A stretch of DNA of 57,753 nucleotides, taken from positions 1-57,753 of the forward strand of contig DHAP01000032.1 of NCBI GenBank assembly GCA_002397465.1, written 5' to 3'. Positions 36,154-45,996 of this stretch are shown piece after piece (position 1 is the first letter of the stretch; the number at the start of each line of letters is the position of its first letter). The DNA is from Bacillales bacterium UBA4951 (GTDB lineage: Bacteria; Bacillota_I; Bacilli_A; RFN20; CAG-826). The notes under the pieces were generated by a model. It made no database searches, was not told the DNA's origin, and worked only from the letters and a program-made list of their open reading frames with translations. A program made the translations under genes and the position numbers.

Positions 36154-37050
36154 ATGATTGACTCAAAGCTCGAAACGTTGATCGCCGTCAGCGAAGTCGG
36201 CTCCTACACCAAGGCGGCCGAAAGGCTATCTTTGACGCAGCCTGCCGTCTCCCAGCACATCAAAGCTTTGGAAAAAGAGTTGGGAATCAAGATATTCAAT
36301 AGGACTGAAAATGGTATAAAACCCACACCTGAAGGGATAATTGCCATCAGATATGCCAAAAGAATCAAGGCTCTGTACATCACTGAGAATCAAAGGATCG
36401 CCGACTCCAAAAGGAACATGGAGTCCCTTATCGTCGGGATCACCCACACCGCCGAGAGTTCAACTGTTGGCGAAGCCCTGGCCCATTACGCCTATAAAAC
36501 TCCCGGTTTACGCATAACGATAATTTCTGACAACATAAAAAACCTTTATCAAAAGCTTGAAGATTATGAACTTGACCTGATTGTGGTGGAGGGGAGAAAC
36601 ATCGACCCTTTATACTCATCGCTTCTTTTGGACACCGACTCCTTGGCCTTGGTCACGGCTCCGGATTCTCCGCTTGGAAAGAAGAGCATGATCTCCATCG
36701 ATGAGCTGAAGCACCAGAAAATGATTCTTCGAGGCGAGAACAGCGCGACCCGCGACCTCTTCGAAAGGGCCCTCCATAACAACGGATTGTTCTTAAGCGA
36801 CCTCAACGTCATCCTCGAGGTCGACAACATCGCCACGATAAAGGAGCTTGTCATGAAGAACATCGGCGTTTCCGTCTTGGCGAGGTCAGCCTGCTTGGAC
36901 GAAGAAAGATCCGGTAAGCTGAAACTCTTGCCGATAGAGGGCTTAGGAATGATCCGCGAAGTCAACCTCGTCTATCCAAAAGACTTTGGTCACATGGCAA
37001 TTTTGAATGGGATCGTCGAAGCCTATAAGGAAGTCAATGTCAGGCACTGA
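36154..37050 (+). CDS. LysR-family transcriptional regulator
   Basis: The HTH is LETLIAVSEVGSYTKAAERLSLTQPAVSQHIKALEKELG. AAGGAG lies 7 nt upstream of the ATG at 36154. The gene is divergent from the antiporter. Confidence 0.88.
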   Translation: MIDSKLETLIAVSEVGSYTKAAERLSLTQPAVSQHIKALEKELGIKIFNRTENGIKPTPEGIIAIRYAKRIKALYITENQRIADSKRNMESLIVGITHTAESSTVGEALAHYAYKTPGLRITIISDNIKNLYQKLEDYELDLIVVEGRNIDPLYSSLLLDTDSLALVTAPDSPLGKKSMISIDELKHQKMILRGENSATRDLFERALHNNGLFLSDLNVILEVDNIATIKELVMKNIGVSVLARSACLDEERSGKLKLLPIEGLGMIREVNLVYPKDFGHMAILNGIVEAYKEVNVRH

Positions 37051-37125
37051 TATGGGATTTTCATATCTTTATAAAGACACGGGGATGTTGCCTTTTGCTC
37101 CAGTAAGAAGTATTTTGGTTTCACT

Positions 37126-38148
37126 ATGAGCGCCAAAGTCAGCATTTATGATGTCGCCAACGAGGTCGGGGTTTCCCCAGCCACCGTTAGTTATGTCATC
37201 AACGGAAAAGGGAAGGTCAGCGAGTCGACCAAGAAGAAAATCATCGCGGCCATGAAGCGGGTCGGCTATACCCCGAACAACGCCGCAATCTCTCTGAGCA
37301 CAGGCAAAAGCCGCCTCGTCGGCGTGTGTCTTCCTTATGGCGACGCTTCCAATGGTTTTGTGAACAACCCTTTCTACGCCGAGTTCATCGGCTCCTTCCA
37401 AAAAGAGATGTCCTCACGTTCCTATGATGTCGTCATGGGCTCGATAAGAAGCGAAAAACTATTCTGCTCCTGGGTCCAATCCCGTGGATTGGACGCCTTG
37501 GTTTTGTTTGGTTTATACAGCAACAAGATTCTCGGGGCCATCAAAAAACTTAAGATCCCATGCGTCCTTGTCGATGTCTATAACGACAAGATGCAAGGTT
37601 TTACCAATGTCAGGGTCAATGACTATCTCGGCTCTTATTTGGCCACCAACTACCTGATTGAACAAGGACACAAAGACATCGGCTTCGTCAGCGGAACCGT
37701 CGAGTCAATCCTTGATCAAAAACGTTACGAGGGATTCAAGAAAGCCATGTTCTATCATGGCTATCCAGTTAAGGACGAATTGGTCTTCCATACCGCGACA
37801 ACTCTTGAAGGCGGAGAAGAGGCTGCGATAAAACTCCTCCCCAAACTTAAAGAGATGACGGCTTTGGTATGCGACGCCGACATCATCGCCATCGGCGTGA
37901 TCAGAAAGCTCCAAGAACTAAAAGTGTCGATTCCTGGCCAGCTATCGATAATCGGCTTCGACGATATTTCGGCTGCCAAATACATCTACCCATCGCTTAC
38001 CACCATCAGGCAGGACATCTCTGAGAAAGGACGTCTCTCGGCAAGGGCTATTTTGTCGGAACTCGATGATGGGAATGCCGCTACGGAAACGATCGTCATT
38101 GAGCCGAAAATCGTGGTTCGTGACTCGGTCAAAAAGCTGAAATTGTAA
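37126..38148 (+). CDS. LacI-family transcriptional regulator
   Basis: The HTH is VSIYDVANEVGVSPATVSYVINGKG, followed by a periplasmic-binding-fold sugar sensor domain. Confidence 0.9.
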   Translation: MSAKVSIYDVANEVGVSPATVSYVINGKGKVSESTKKKIIAAMKRVGYTPNNAAISLSTGKSRLVGVCLPYGDASNGFVNNPFYAEFIGSFQKEMSSRSYDVVMGSIRSEKLFCSWVQSRGLDALVLFGLYSNKILGAIKKLKIPCVLVDVYNDKMQGFTNVRVNDYLGSYLATNYLIEQGHKDIGFVSGTVESILDQKRYEGFKKAMFYHGYPVKDELVFHTATTLEGGEEAAIKLLPKLKEMTALVCDADIIAIGVIRKLQELKVSIPGQLSIIGFDDISAAKYIYPSLTTIRQDISEKGRLSARAILSELDDGNAATETIVIEPKIVVRDSVKKLKL

Positions 38149-38215
38149 GGCGTTTCAAGTTAATTTGTTAATCTTTGGCAAATAATAAATACAAAGTATT
38201 TAACAAACGAAAAAT

Positions 38216-38231
38216 AGTTAACCGATTAACT
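38216..38231. promoter_or_regulatory. 16-bp imperfect palindrome AGTTAACCGATTAACT, candidate LacI-family operator
   Basis: It has a central CG and 14 of 16 positions are symmetric. It lies in the spacer between lacI and the first glycosidase gene. Confidence 0.4.
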
Positions 38232-38270
38232 TATTCTTTTTTTGCTTTGTCCGAGGTGTTTTAATATTAG

Positions 38271-38284
38271 CGAAAGCGGTTTCA
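38271..38284. promoter_or_regulatory. Second cre/LacI-type site CGAAAGCGGTTTCA immediately upstream of the glycosidase ATG
   Basis: It matches TGWAANCGNTNWCA at 13 of 14 positions. It ends 3 nt before the ATG at 38288, where an SD would be expected. Confidence 0.4.
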
Positions 38285-38287
38285 AAC

Positions 38288-40945
38288 ATGAAAAAAGCAG
38301 GTCACTTAATTACGTTGGCTTTGATTCTCTTACTTTCAGGCAGCCTTCTCGCTTCATGCGGTGGAGACACTTCCTCAGAATCGCCGTCCTCAATTGATTC
38401 CACGGATTCCAAGACCTCTTATTATGATGCCGACAATTTCGTCACCCCGTCCAACCAAGTGACGACCACAAAGCTCGTCACCTATGAGGGACCCTCCATC
38501 ATGAAGAGCTCCGCAAGCATGGACGTCAAAGTAAACGGAATCGATCTTTTCGTCTACGAGACGAGGATGAACCAACGCCGTGAATTCTCCTGGGCGGCCT
38601 CAACGGACATGACGAAAGCCGTCATCTTCGACTTTGAGGGCAAAGTCCATCTCGATGTCACGATAAACGAAGACGTCACTCTCTCGAGCGCGCTTCTTAG
38701 GCCGCTCGTCTATGGCATCCAGCCCAGCATATCCGGCAAAGTGATATCTTTTGACCTTTCATCCAGCGGCAGCTACGTCCTCGAATACAACGATGACCCC
38801 TCGACTGCCTTGCAGATATTCGCCAATCCGATTGAAACCGATCCACTGACGGAAGAAGAAGCCGGGAAGGACTCAAACGTCATCTACGTCGGCCCAGGCG
38901 TCTACAAGGCCGACGCCTTCCCAATCAAAGACAACACGACTATTTATTTAGCCGGCGGTTCTTATGTCTATGGCCAATTCTCCGCTGAAGGCGTCAAAAA
39001 CGTCACCATCAGAGGACGCGGTATCGTCTCCGGCTCCATCTATAGCCGTGGCTCAAGCTCCGAATACACGATTCCGGTCGTGATGCGTAACGTCAAGAAC
39101 CTCACCATTGAGGGCGTGGCGTTCTTTGACCCAGCCGGATGGGCCCTCCATCTATGGAAATGCGACGGGGTCCTCGTCGACAATGTCAAGATCATCACCG
39201 CGAGAAGCAATGGCGATGGCATCTCCATCCAATCCTGCAGCAACGTCGAAGTCTCCGGCGGATACGTCCGTTCATGGGACGACTCGATCGTCGTCAAAAA
39301 CACTGATCAGGGCAGCACCTCTCATATCAACGTCCATGACGTCGTCATCTGGACCGACCTCGCCCAATCGATGGAAGTCGGTTATGAGACGTATGGACCA
39401 ACCATGGATGACATCGTTTTTCAGGACATCACCGTGGTCCACGCTTTCCACAAAGCCGTCATCAGCCTTCATAACTGCGACAACGCCCACATCAGCAACC
39501 TCGTCTACAAGAACATCACTTTGGAAGACGGCCAAATGCTCGGCGATTCCAGAGATGACCTCCAGAACGACTATCTCTTGGATTTCAGTATTGCCTACAA
39601 CGCCGAATGGACTCAATCAGGCGGGGCCAGAGGCTCCGTTGACGGAGTTACCGTCGAAAACGTCAAAGTCTATTCGATGGCGGATTCGATCGGAGGCAAC
39701 ATGAGGGGCGAAGACGCCACCTCGTCCATCAACAACGTGTCGATCAAGGGTTTGGAGATAGCGGGCAAACAAGCTGGTTCATTATCCGAAATCGGAACCG
39801 GCGTGGTCACGAACGAATTCGTCTATGGCACAAGCGTCACCAAAATGAGCAAGGTCACGGGGTCCTTGATCCATCTTCCTTATTCTTTGAACCTCGCGAA
39901 CGAGGAAGTCGCCAAAACCGAGAACAAGAACATCGAGCAAGAAGGGCTGATCGTTCCTGACTTTGCAAGATACACCGGCGAGGAATCCTTCATCGGCGTC
40001 AAGACAACCGCCAGCGGCAGCATCGCCTCAAGCCATGGCGTCGGCAACAAGACTTCAACGCCAGTAAGTGACGGCACTGGCGATTTCGTGAGAAGCGGAA
40101 GCTCTGGAAACTACGCCTACGACGGGAACGCCAATACATCATACGAGACCGGAACCTGGGTAGGGGATGACAACGAATTCGCCGGATTGACCTACGATTT
40201 CACCACCCCGATCACCATCGGTGTCCTGAGGATCAAAGGCAATCCGAATAACGTCTACGCCTATGATTACAACATCTCGGTCTGGTCGAGAAAACTCAAG
40301 AGCGATGGCACGATGAACGCCAACTACACGAGGCTCATCACCCCGAAGTCCTACACAATGTCGCCTTCCAATGGCAACATCATCGACATCAATCTCCCGA
40401 CCCAGGAGTTTGGTGGCATTCAGCTCCGTCTATATAGAGAGGATGATATCGCCTCTCCAAGCTACTATTCGATTTCGGAGATTGAGTTCTACCCACCATC
40501 ATTGACGTTTGGAAAAGCCATTGTCGATTCTACCGAGCATAACGACGTCTACCCAGTCACCAAGCTAGTGGATGGGGATCCGACTGGAACGAGTTACTAC
40601 GAGTCAAAGAAGCTCCCGGCCACCGTCGTGATCGACCTCGAGGATGTCTACAAACTCTCGAAGTTGGTCCTCTGTTTGCCGCCGATTCTCACCTGGTCAA
40701 AGAGAACACAGGCCATCGAGGTCTCCGTCAGCGATTCCTTGGCCACATACGATGCCTCTACGACAAGTTTCACAACAGTAAAGGAAAGGACGGACTATGT
40801 CTTCGACCCAACGCAGGGCAACCGCGTGATGATCGATCTCGACGATGTTCCGTGCCGATTCTTGAAGTTAGTTATTTTCTCCAATGACGCGAACGGAGGG
40901 TATGGGGCCCAATTATCCGAAGTTAGCGCGTATGGGGTCAAATAA
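38288..40945 (+). CDS. Surface lipoprotein glycoside hydrolase: N-terminal beta-sandwich + right-handed beta-helix (GH28/GH49-clan-like) + two F5/8-type-C (discoidin/CBM32-like) domains
   Basis: The lipobox is LLASC. The beta-helix catalytic region has SNGDGISIQ and, about 21 aa later, SWDDSIVVKN, a carboxylate spacing like that of clan GH-N enzymes. Two C-terminal discoidin-like modules follow (AYDGNANTSYETGTW...EIEFY and LVDGDPTGTSYYES...LSEVSAYG). Confidence 0.65.
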   Translation: MKKAGHLITLALILLLSGSLLASCGGDTSSESPSSIDSTDSKTSYYDADNFVTPSNQVTTTKLVTYEGPSIMKSSASMDVKVNGIDLFVYETRMNQRREFSWAASTDMTKAVIFDFEGKVHLDVTINEDVTLSSALLRPLVYGIQPSISGKVISFDLSSSGSYVLEYNDDPSTALQIFANPIETDPLTEEEAGKDSNVIYVGPGVYKADAFPIKDNTTIYLAGGSYVYGQFSAEGVKNVTIRGRGIVSGSIYSRGSSSEYTIPVVMRNVKNLTIEGVAFFDPAGWALHLWKCDGVLVDNVKIITARSNGDGISIQSCSNVEVSGGYVRSWDDSIVVKNTDQGSTSHINVHDVVIWTDLAQSMEVGYETYGPTMDDIVFQDITVVHAFHKAVISLHNCDNAHISNLVYKNITLEDGQMLGDSRDDLQNDYLLDFSIAYNAEWTQSGGARGSVDGVTVENVKVYSMADSIGGNMRGEDATSSINNVSIKGLEIAGKQAGSLSEIGTGVVTNEFVYGTSVTKMSKVTGSLIHLPYSLNLANEEVAKTENKNIEQEGLIVPDFARYTGEESFIGVKTTASGSIASSHGVGNKTSTPVSDGTGDFVRSGSSGNYAYDGNANTSYETGTWVGDDNEFAGLTYDFTTPITIGVLRIKGNPNNVYAYDYNISVWSRKLKSDGTMNANYTRLITPKSYTMSPSNGNIIDINLPTQEFGGIQLRLYREDDIASPSYYSISEIEFYPPSLTFGKAIVDSTEHNDVYPVTKLVDGDPTGTSYYESKKLPATVVIDLEDVYKLSKLVLCLPPILTWSKRTQAIEVSVSDSLATYDASTTSFTTVKERTDYVFDPTQGNRVMIDLDDVPCRFLKLVIFSNDANGGYGAQLSEVSAYGVK

Positions 40946-40978
40946 TTCGTGCACCCAAAATATCAAAGGAGGAAATGC

Positions 40979-43588
40979 ATGAAAAAAAGAATATTCGTCA
41001 TGGCCGCAACCACGCTCTTAGCGTTGGCTGGATTGGCCGCGTGCGAACCAGCCGATCAATCATCAACGCCGGGCCCGGACTCAACTCCAACCACCAGCGA
41101 CAACACGACATCTAACCCAACCACCAGCGATGAGCCGACTTCAAACGACAGCAATTCTCAGCCAGAGGTCATCACCCATCGCAATGAATGGACTAAGAGC
41201 GTCCCAGAAGGCGCCATCACCAGGGATTATGACAAGAGATTCGACGAGGAAGTTGAGGATTTCTCAACTGCTACCTTAGCGGGATCATCGACAGTTAACG
41301 TTCATAACGGATTCCTCAGAAGCGTCGTGGACAGCAACTTGGATTCATTCTCCAAAGACGCCGGCAGCGCCATCTACAAAGTGGCCGCCGGAACCTTCGA
41401 GGCCATGAATCTCGGCACCAACGGAATCGGATTCCGCATGAGGGTCAAAGAAGGAAAGCTTTCTTTGTCCAATCTCGTGCTTGAACTCCGCGGCGACGAT
41501 GCCTTCAAGACTTATCCGATTCAACTATCAGCCGCCAAAGACGGCGATGGCGAAGCCCTTCCTGAGCTTACGTCTGAATATCAGGATTTCATCATCAACC
41601 CAGGACAGACCATCGAAGACGCCGACACCGTCTACACCAATACAGATGGGACCGCTTCTTCGACCAAAGTGTTAGACAAGATCGTCGGATTCCACCTCCG
41701 CGCCAATGACGAGGAAGTGAGCGCCGTCTTGGATATCGATGAGGTCTTCACCTATACCGGCACGACCCGCACGACCCTTGATGACTTCAACCGCGAGGAG
41801 CTCAACAAAATTCCTGGCGCTTGGTGGGGCGGCAACGACTCCGGTGCTTCGATCCTTGTGAGAAAAGGCCTCTCCTTAGCGGGCGGAGCCTCTTATACCA
41901 CCGCGGATCTTGACGCGACGGAAGCCGCCGAAAGCCACATCGTCATGAGTTTGCTTGGCGATAGCAGCGGTGCGACCGTGACCGTCAAGTACACCGACGA
42001 CTCCACAGTCTCGCATCCTTGGTCCGAACTAAAGGCCAAGACGAGCAACAGCGTGGTCTCAACAATTGACGGAGCCTATATCAACCTTGCCATCGACGTC
42101 AGCGTCTTCGGCGAGAAGACCATCAAGAACGTCAGCATCGCCAACTCCGGCACTAACCCATTAGAGGTCAGCAACGTCTTTGTGACCAGCTTCGAAGAGC
42201 CGTCTCTCGACCTCAGCTTCCCACGCCTAGACACCGAGAACTCCGTGACCTTTGACAACTTCAACCGCACGATCAACTCCTTAGGCACCGATTGGGATGC
42301 CTCAGCCGCCTTAAGCGCCAACGTCGATGCCGGCATCAATGGCTTTGTCTCCTATAACCATGGTGCGGACATCAAGACCGACGGAAGCGATCTATTGCTT
42401 CCAGCCGCCCCATCCCCAGACTATGACGAGGTGACGATCGGCTCCCAGCACACCATGGCCGGAGCCCAATACATCGTCTTTGCCATCAAGGGCGAGGAAG
42501 GCTATGACGCCTCAGAGTTCCGTTTCCAGATTGGCAGCCAAAGCACTCTCTATCTCAACCAAGCCCATGCCGCCGAGGGTGTCAAAACCATCAATGGCGA
42601 CGTCGAGAATCCTTACCTTGGGGTGGACGGATACGACTGGTATGTCGTTGACCTCAACTATGAGAAGATGACTGCCGGTGACCTCATCAACATGTACTAC
42701 ACCGGTGATAAAGCCATCAAGGTTGGCTCGATATTCTATGCAAATCAGGCCTCTTCCAAGATCGAAGGCGCCTCAAATGACGTCAGCGCCAACTGCACTG
42801 ACATCAACCTTGCCGACTATCATTACGTCGGTGGGCTCGATAACTTTGCCTCCGCTTACTATGGCATCGACATCAAAGGCGATGGCACAGCGACGTTTGA
42901 TTCTCTCCGCGTCGAATATAACGGAGCCACCAAATGGATCAAAGACGGCGAAGTCGTCGGCAAGCTCTCCGATGGGACCGCTCTTAGTAAAGAGATGGTC
43001 ATCCCGACAAGTGAGACGACATTATGGATTGACGTGAAGGCTTCTGGCTACAGCGTGGCCAGCGGCACCGCCCATCTCCATGTCGGCGGTGGATTTACCG
43101 GAGTCATCAGCGTCTCAAAGCTCCATGCGGCCGATAACGGCTACAAGGAAACCTACACAGGCGGAGCCGTCGTCACGATCCCAGCCGCAGGCGGATACAC
43201 CTATGGATTCGGCATTGTCACGACCAACGCCGTCGATAGGCTCTACTTCACCCTCAGCGGTGACGGAACTGAAAATCTGAAGTATTTCCGTCTAGAATAT
43301 AATTCGAAGACCTTATATCCGGGCCACGAAGGCGCCGAGCATCTCACGATCCATAAAGCCAGCGATGGCAGTGAGCTCTCGAGCACTGACGCCGTCCCGA
43401 GTGAAGCCGCTCTCTACTACGTCGATTTCGCCGAGAACGGATATGTCGCCAAAGCCGGCGCGACCGCCCATTTCCACTTTAATGACGCGGCTGATGTCGG
43501 TGGCGTGCTGACCTTCTCCGATTTCTATGGAACTGCCTCTGTGCTTCCTTATTCTGCATCCGCGAGCGGCTATTCCGACGCTTTCTAG
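40979..43588 (+). CDS. 869-aa surface lipoprotein of unknown function, built from about five beta-sandwich-like repeat modules
   Basis: AGGAGG lies 6 nt upstream of the ATG at 40979. The lipobox LAAC is followed by an S/T/P/D/N-rich linker. Internal repeats are described in the findings. No catalytic motif is recognised. Confidence 0.6.
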   Translation: MKKRIFVMAATTLLALAGLAACEPADQSSTPGPDSTPTTSDNTTSNPTTSDEPTSNDSNSQPEVITHRNEWTKSVPEGAITRDYDKRFDEEVEDFSTATLAGSSTVNVHNGFLRSVVDSNLDSFSKDAGSAIYKVAAGTFEAMNLGTNGIGFRMRVKEGKLSLSNLVLELRGDDAFKTYPIQLSAAKDGDGEALPELTSEYQDFIINPGQTIEDADTVYTNTDGTASSTKVLDKIVGFHLRANDEEVSAVLDIDEVFTYTGTTRTTLDDFNREELNKIPGAWWGGNDSGASILVRKGLSLAGGASYTTADLDATEAAESHIVMSLLGDSSGATVTVKYTDDSTVSHPWSELKAKTSNSVVSTIDGAYINLAIDVSVFGEKTIKNVSIANSGTNPLEVSNVFVTSFEEPSLDLSFPRLDTENSVTFDNFNRTINSLGTDWDASAALSANVDAGINGFVSYNHGADIKTDGSDLLLPAAPSPDYDEVTIGSQHTMAGAQYIVFAIKGEEGYDASEFRFQIGSQSTLYLNQAHAAEGVKTINGDVENPYLGVDGYDWYVVDLNYEKMTAGDLINMYYTGDKAIKVGSIFYANQASSKIEGASNDVSANCTDINLADYHYVGGLDNFASAYYGIDIKGDGTATFDSLRVEYNGATKWIKDGEVVGKLSDGTALSKEMVIPTSETTLWIDVKASGYSVASGTAHLHVGGGFTGVISVSKLHAADNGYKETYTGGAVVTIPAAGGYTYGFGIVTTNAVDRLYFTLSGDGTENLKYFRLEYNSKTLYPGHEGAEHLTIHKASDGSELSSTDAVPSEAALYYVDFAENGYVAKAGATAHFHFNDAADVGGVLTFSDFYGTASVLPYSASASGYSDAF

Positions 43589-43606
43589 ACTAACTGATTC
43601 TAATCG

Positions 43607-43629
43607 CCTGGGGGGTCACACCCCCTGGG
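43607..43629 (+). other. GC-rich 10-bp hairpin without a U-tract between the lipoprotein and SBP genes
   Basis: CCTGGGGGGT-CAC-ACCCCCTGGG includes two G:U pairs. It lies 19 nt after the stop and 22 nt before the SBP ATG. Confidence 0.6.
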
Positions 43630-43651
43630 CGAAGTTGGAGGAAACCCCTTT

Positions 43652-45055
43652 ATGAAATCCAAAAAACACGTTCTGAGCCTTTTGTTTCCCTTATGCTTCA
43701 GCTGCCTTTTCTCTTGTGGTGGATCATCTAACAAGATCGTCCTCTCCATCGGGTTCTGGCCTGAAAGCGCCGAGACGAAAGACGTCGCGATGTATCAGTC
43801 GTGGAAAGAGAGCTTCGAGAAGGATTTCCCCCAATATACGATCAAAGGTTCGCCTTATACATATAGCCCCGACACCGTGGCCGCCAAAGCCCAGGGAAAT
43901 CAGCTCCCTGACGTTTTTCAGACCTGGTTCACCGAGCCGGAGACCTTGAAGAACTCAGGGTTCATCCGCCCGATCACGTCCTTCCTCAAAGAGAAGGGCT
44001 GGGACGAGAAGATGGACGACGAGATGAAGGACTCCCTAACATTCGATGGCGAGATATATGGCATCCCCCGCGATGGTTATGGATTAGGCTTACTGATCAA
44101 CAAGAAGATCCTCGGGGACAATGGTTTGCTCCCGGAGATCAACGGGTCTTATTCGATCTATAACGAAGACGGAACTCCCGCTTACCCAACCACTTGGGAA
44201 CAGGTCAAGGAATATAGCGAAACCATCGTGAGCCAAGACTCCGCGAAAGGCTTCATCATGTATACCACCAACAAGAATGGTGGGTGGGTCTTTTCCAACA
44301 TCGCTTGGAATTACGGGGCCGAATTAGAGACGGTTGAGAATGGGACCATCAAAGCCAACCTCAACTGCCAAGGGGCCGTGAACGCCCTCGACTGGATCAA
44401 GAGCATGGCCAATGCCGACGCCCTCACAAGCGGGGCTGGCATCGTCTATAACGATTGGTATTCCAATATCGGCGAACGTGTCGCCATGGCCGTCGTCGGA
44501 AGCGACGTCCTCCAAAACGCCAAGCTTCAGGGTGGGGTCAACATGGATGAGCTTGCCTTTGTCCCTATGCCGACAGGCGATGGGGTCAACCACTATTCCT
44601 TATATGGCGGCACCCCTTTCGTCTTCTCCAAGAACTGCTCAGACGAGAAGGTCAAAGGCATCCTCGAGTTCTTCAATTACATCGGGCGTTCTCCAGAGAC
44701 CAGCGACATCAACTTTGGCGCCAAGAAGGTCGGTTACGAGACCGCGAAGTCCAAAGGCCAGCCGATACTTCCATCGATCCTCCCATGGAAAAACGAGGAT
44801 TACGTGAGCAAAGCCAAAGAGCTTGAGAACCAATACATCAACGTCAAAATCGAAGACTACAATCCTTTCTTCGACAACATCCAGACCAACAAAAAGAGCG
44901 AAGAGCCCTATGCCGCCCAGGATATGTACAACGCTCTCGACAGCGTCATCCAAAGCGTCCTCTTAAGCCCCGAGACCGCGAACTCCTCGGCCTTACTAAC
45001 GACCGCGAATGCCTCATTCCAGAAAATACTTGATGACTCCTACAACAAGAAATAG
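43652..45055 (+). CDS. Carbohydrate ABC importer substrate-binding lipoprotein
   Basis: It has a signal peptide with lipobox-like LFSCGG and family-1 SBP features. GGAGG lies upstream. It is followed by two MalF/G-type permease genes. Confidence 0.8.
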   Translation: MKSKKHVLSLLFPLCFSCLFSCGGSSNKIVLSIGFWPESAETKDVAMYQSWKESFEKDFPQYTIKGSPYTYSPDTVAAKAQGNQLPDVFQTWFTEPETLKNSGFIRPITSFLKEKGWDEKMDDEMKDSLTFDGEIYGIPRDGYGLGLLINKKILGDNGLLPEINGSYSIYNEDGTPAYPTTWEQVKEYSETIVSQDSAKGFIMYTTNKNGGWVFSNIAWNYGAELETVENGTIKANLNCQGAVNALDWIKSMANADALTSGAGIVYNDWYSNIGERVAMAVVGSDVLQNAKLQGGVNMDELAFVPMPTGDGVNHYSLYGGTPFVFSKNCSDEKVKGILEFFNYIGRSPETSDINFGAKKVGYETAKSKGQPILPSILPWKNEDYVSKAKELENQYINVKIEDYNPFFDNIQTNKKSEEPYAAQDMYNALDSVIQSVLLSPETANSSALLTTANASFQKILDDSYNKK

Positions 45056-45057
45056 CT

Positions 45058-45996
45058 ATGAAAGCGCAACAAAGCCCCCGCACCAAAAGAAAAAAGAACT
45101 GGAAAAGCACCCTGAAAAGAAATATTTTCGCGTGGTGTCTCATCATCGTTCCTTTGGCTTTGTTCGCCTTCTATGTCTGGGTCCCGCTTGGAAGGAACAT
45201 CCTCTTAAGCTTCCAAAAGAGCTATGACGACCCAAGTTTCGTCGGCTTCGACAATTACATCGCCGTCTTTCAGGACGAGAAGTTCCTCACCGCCTTCGTC
45301 AACACCTTCAAATACATCGCCCGGTCGTTGGTGCTCGGTTACTTGATCCCGGTGTTCTTGGGATTCTTGTTATCAGAGGTCATCCACGCGAAGGGCTTTT
45401 TCCGTTTGGTCTTATACCTTCCCTGCATGATATCTGGCATCGCCGTCGTCTTCCTTTTCAAGAACATGTTCGGCGATGATTCGACTTCTTTGTTCAATGT
45501 CATCTATACGGCCTTCGGCGGGGAGTCGCGTTTTTGGAAGAGCGACACCAACCTCATCATCCCCCTCATCGTTTTGGCGATGACGTGGCGGGGGGCTGGC
45601 TCGACCGCCTTGATTTATCTATCGAGCTTCCAGAGCATCGACGACTCGATGTATGAGGCGGCGAGGATGGACGGGGCCAGTTCCGTCCAACGTTTCGCCA
45701 AGATCACGATCCCAGCCTTAAGAGGGACCTTGATCACTTTGTTCGTCTTACAGATAATATCCGTCTTCCAAGTCTTCTATGAACCGTTGATCATCGGGCC
45801 CAAAGGCGGGCCGAACAACGCCTCGATGTCCTTGATGCTTCTTTCTTATCTCTACGCGTTTGATTCAACGAGCAGCGGTTTCCAGTATGGCAAGAGCGCG
45901 GCGACCGCCATCATACTCGCTTTGATCATCATGGCCTTCACGACCGTTTATTCCTTCCTTCAAAAGGCTTTGCTCAAGAAAGACGAGGGCCGTTAA
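45058..45996 (+). CDS. Carbohydrate ABC importer permease (MalF/UgpA type)
   Basis: Six TM segments and the EAA loop YEAARMDGASSVQRFAKITIPALRG are present. Confidence 0.88.
   Translation: MKAQQSPRTKRKKNWKSTLKRNIFAWCLIIVPLALFAFYVWVPLGRNILLSFQKSYDDPSFVGFDNYIAVFQDEKFLTAFVNTFKYIARSLVLGYLIPVFLGFLLSEVIHAKGFFRLVLYLPCMISGIAVVFLFKNMFGDDSTSLFNVIYTAFGGESRFWKSDTNLIIPLIVLAMTWRGAGSTALIYLSSFQSIDDSMYEAARMDGASSVQRFAKITIPALRGTLITLFVLQIISVFQVFYEPLIIGPKGGPNNASMSLMLLSYLYAFDSTSSGFQYGKSAATAIILALIIMAFTTVYSFLQKALLKKDEGR

Noticed and set aside
40949-40978. N-terminal extensions given by the ORF track: 40949 for the lipoprotein, 10835 for the FGGY kinase, 16803 for the ATPase, 4053 for the fur-family gene, 30071 for marR, 36145 for lysR, 54876 for lysS and 53030 for the second glycosidase.
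   Set aside because: In each case an internal ATG (TTG for 53066) has a properly spaced SD and/or yields a canonical N-terminus, either a signal peptide or a conserved first motif. The extension would include the SD itself or overlap the upstream gene.
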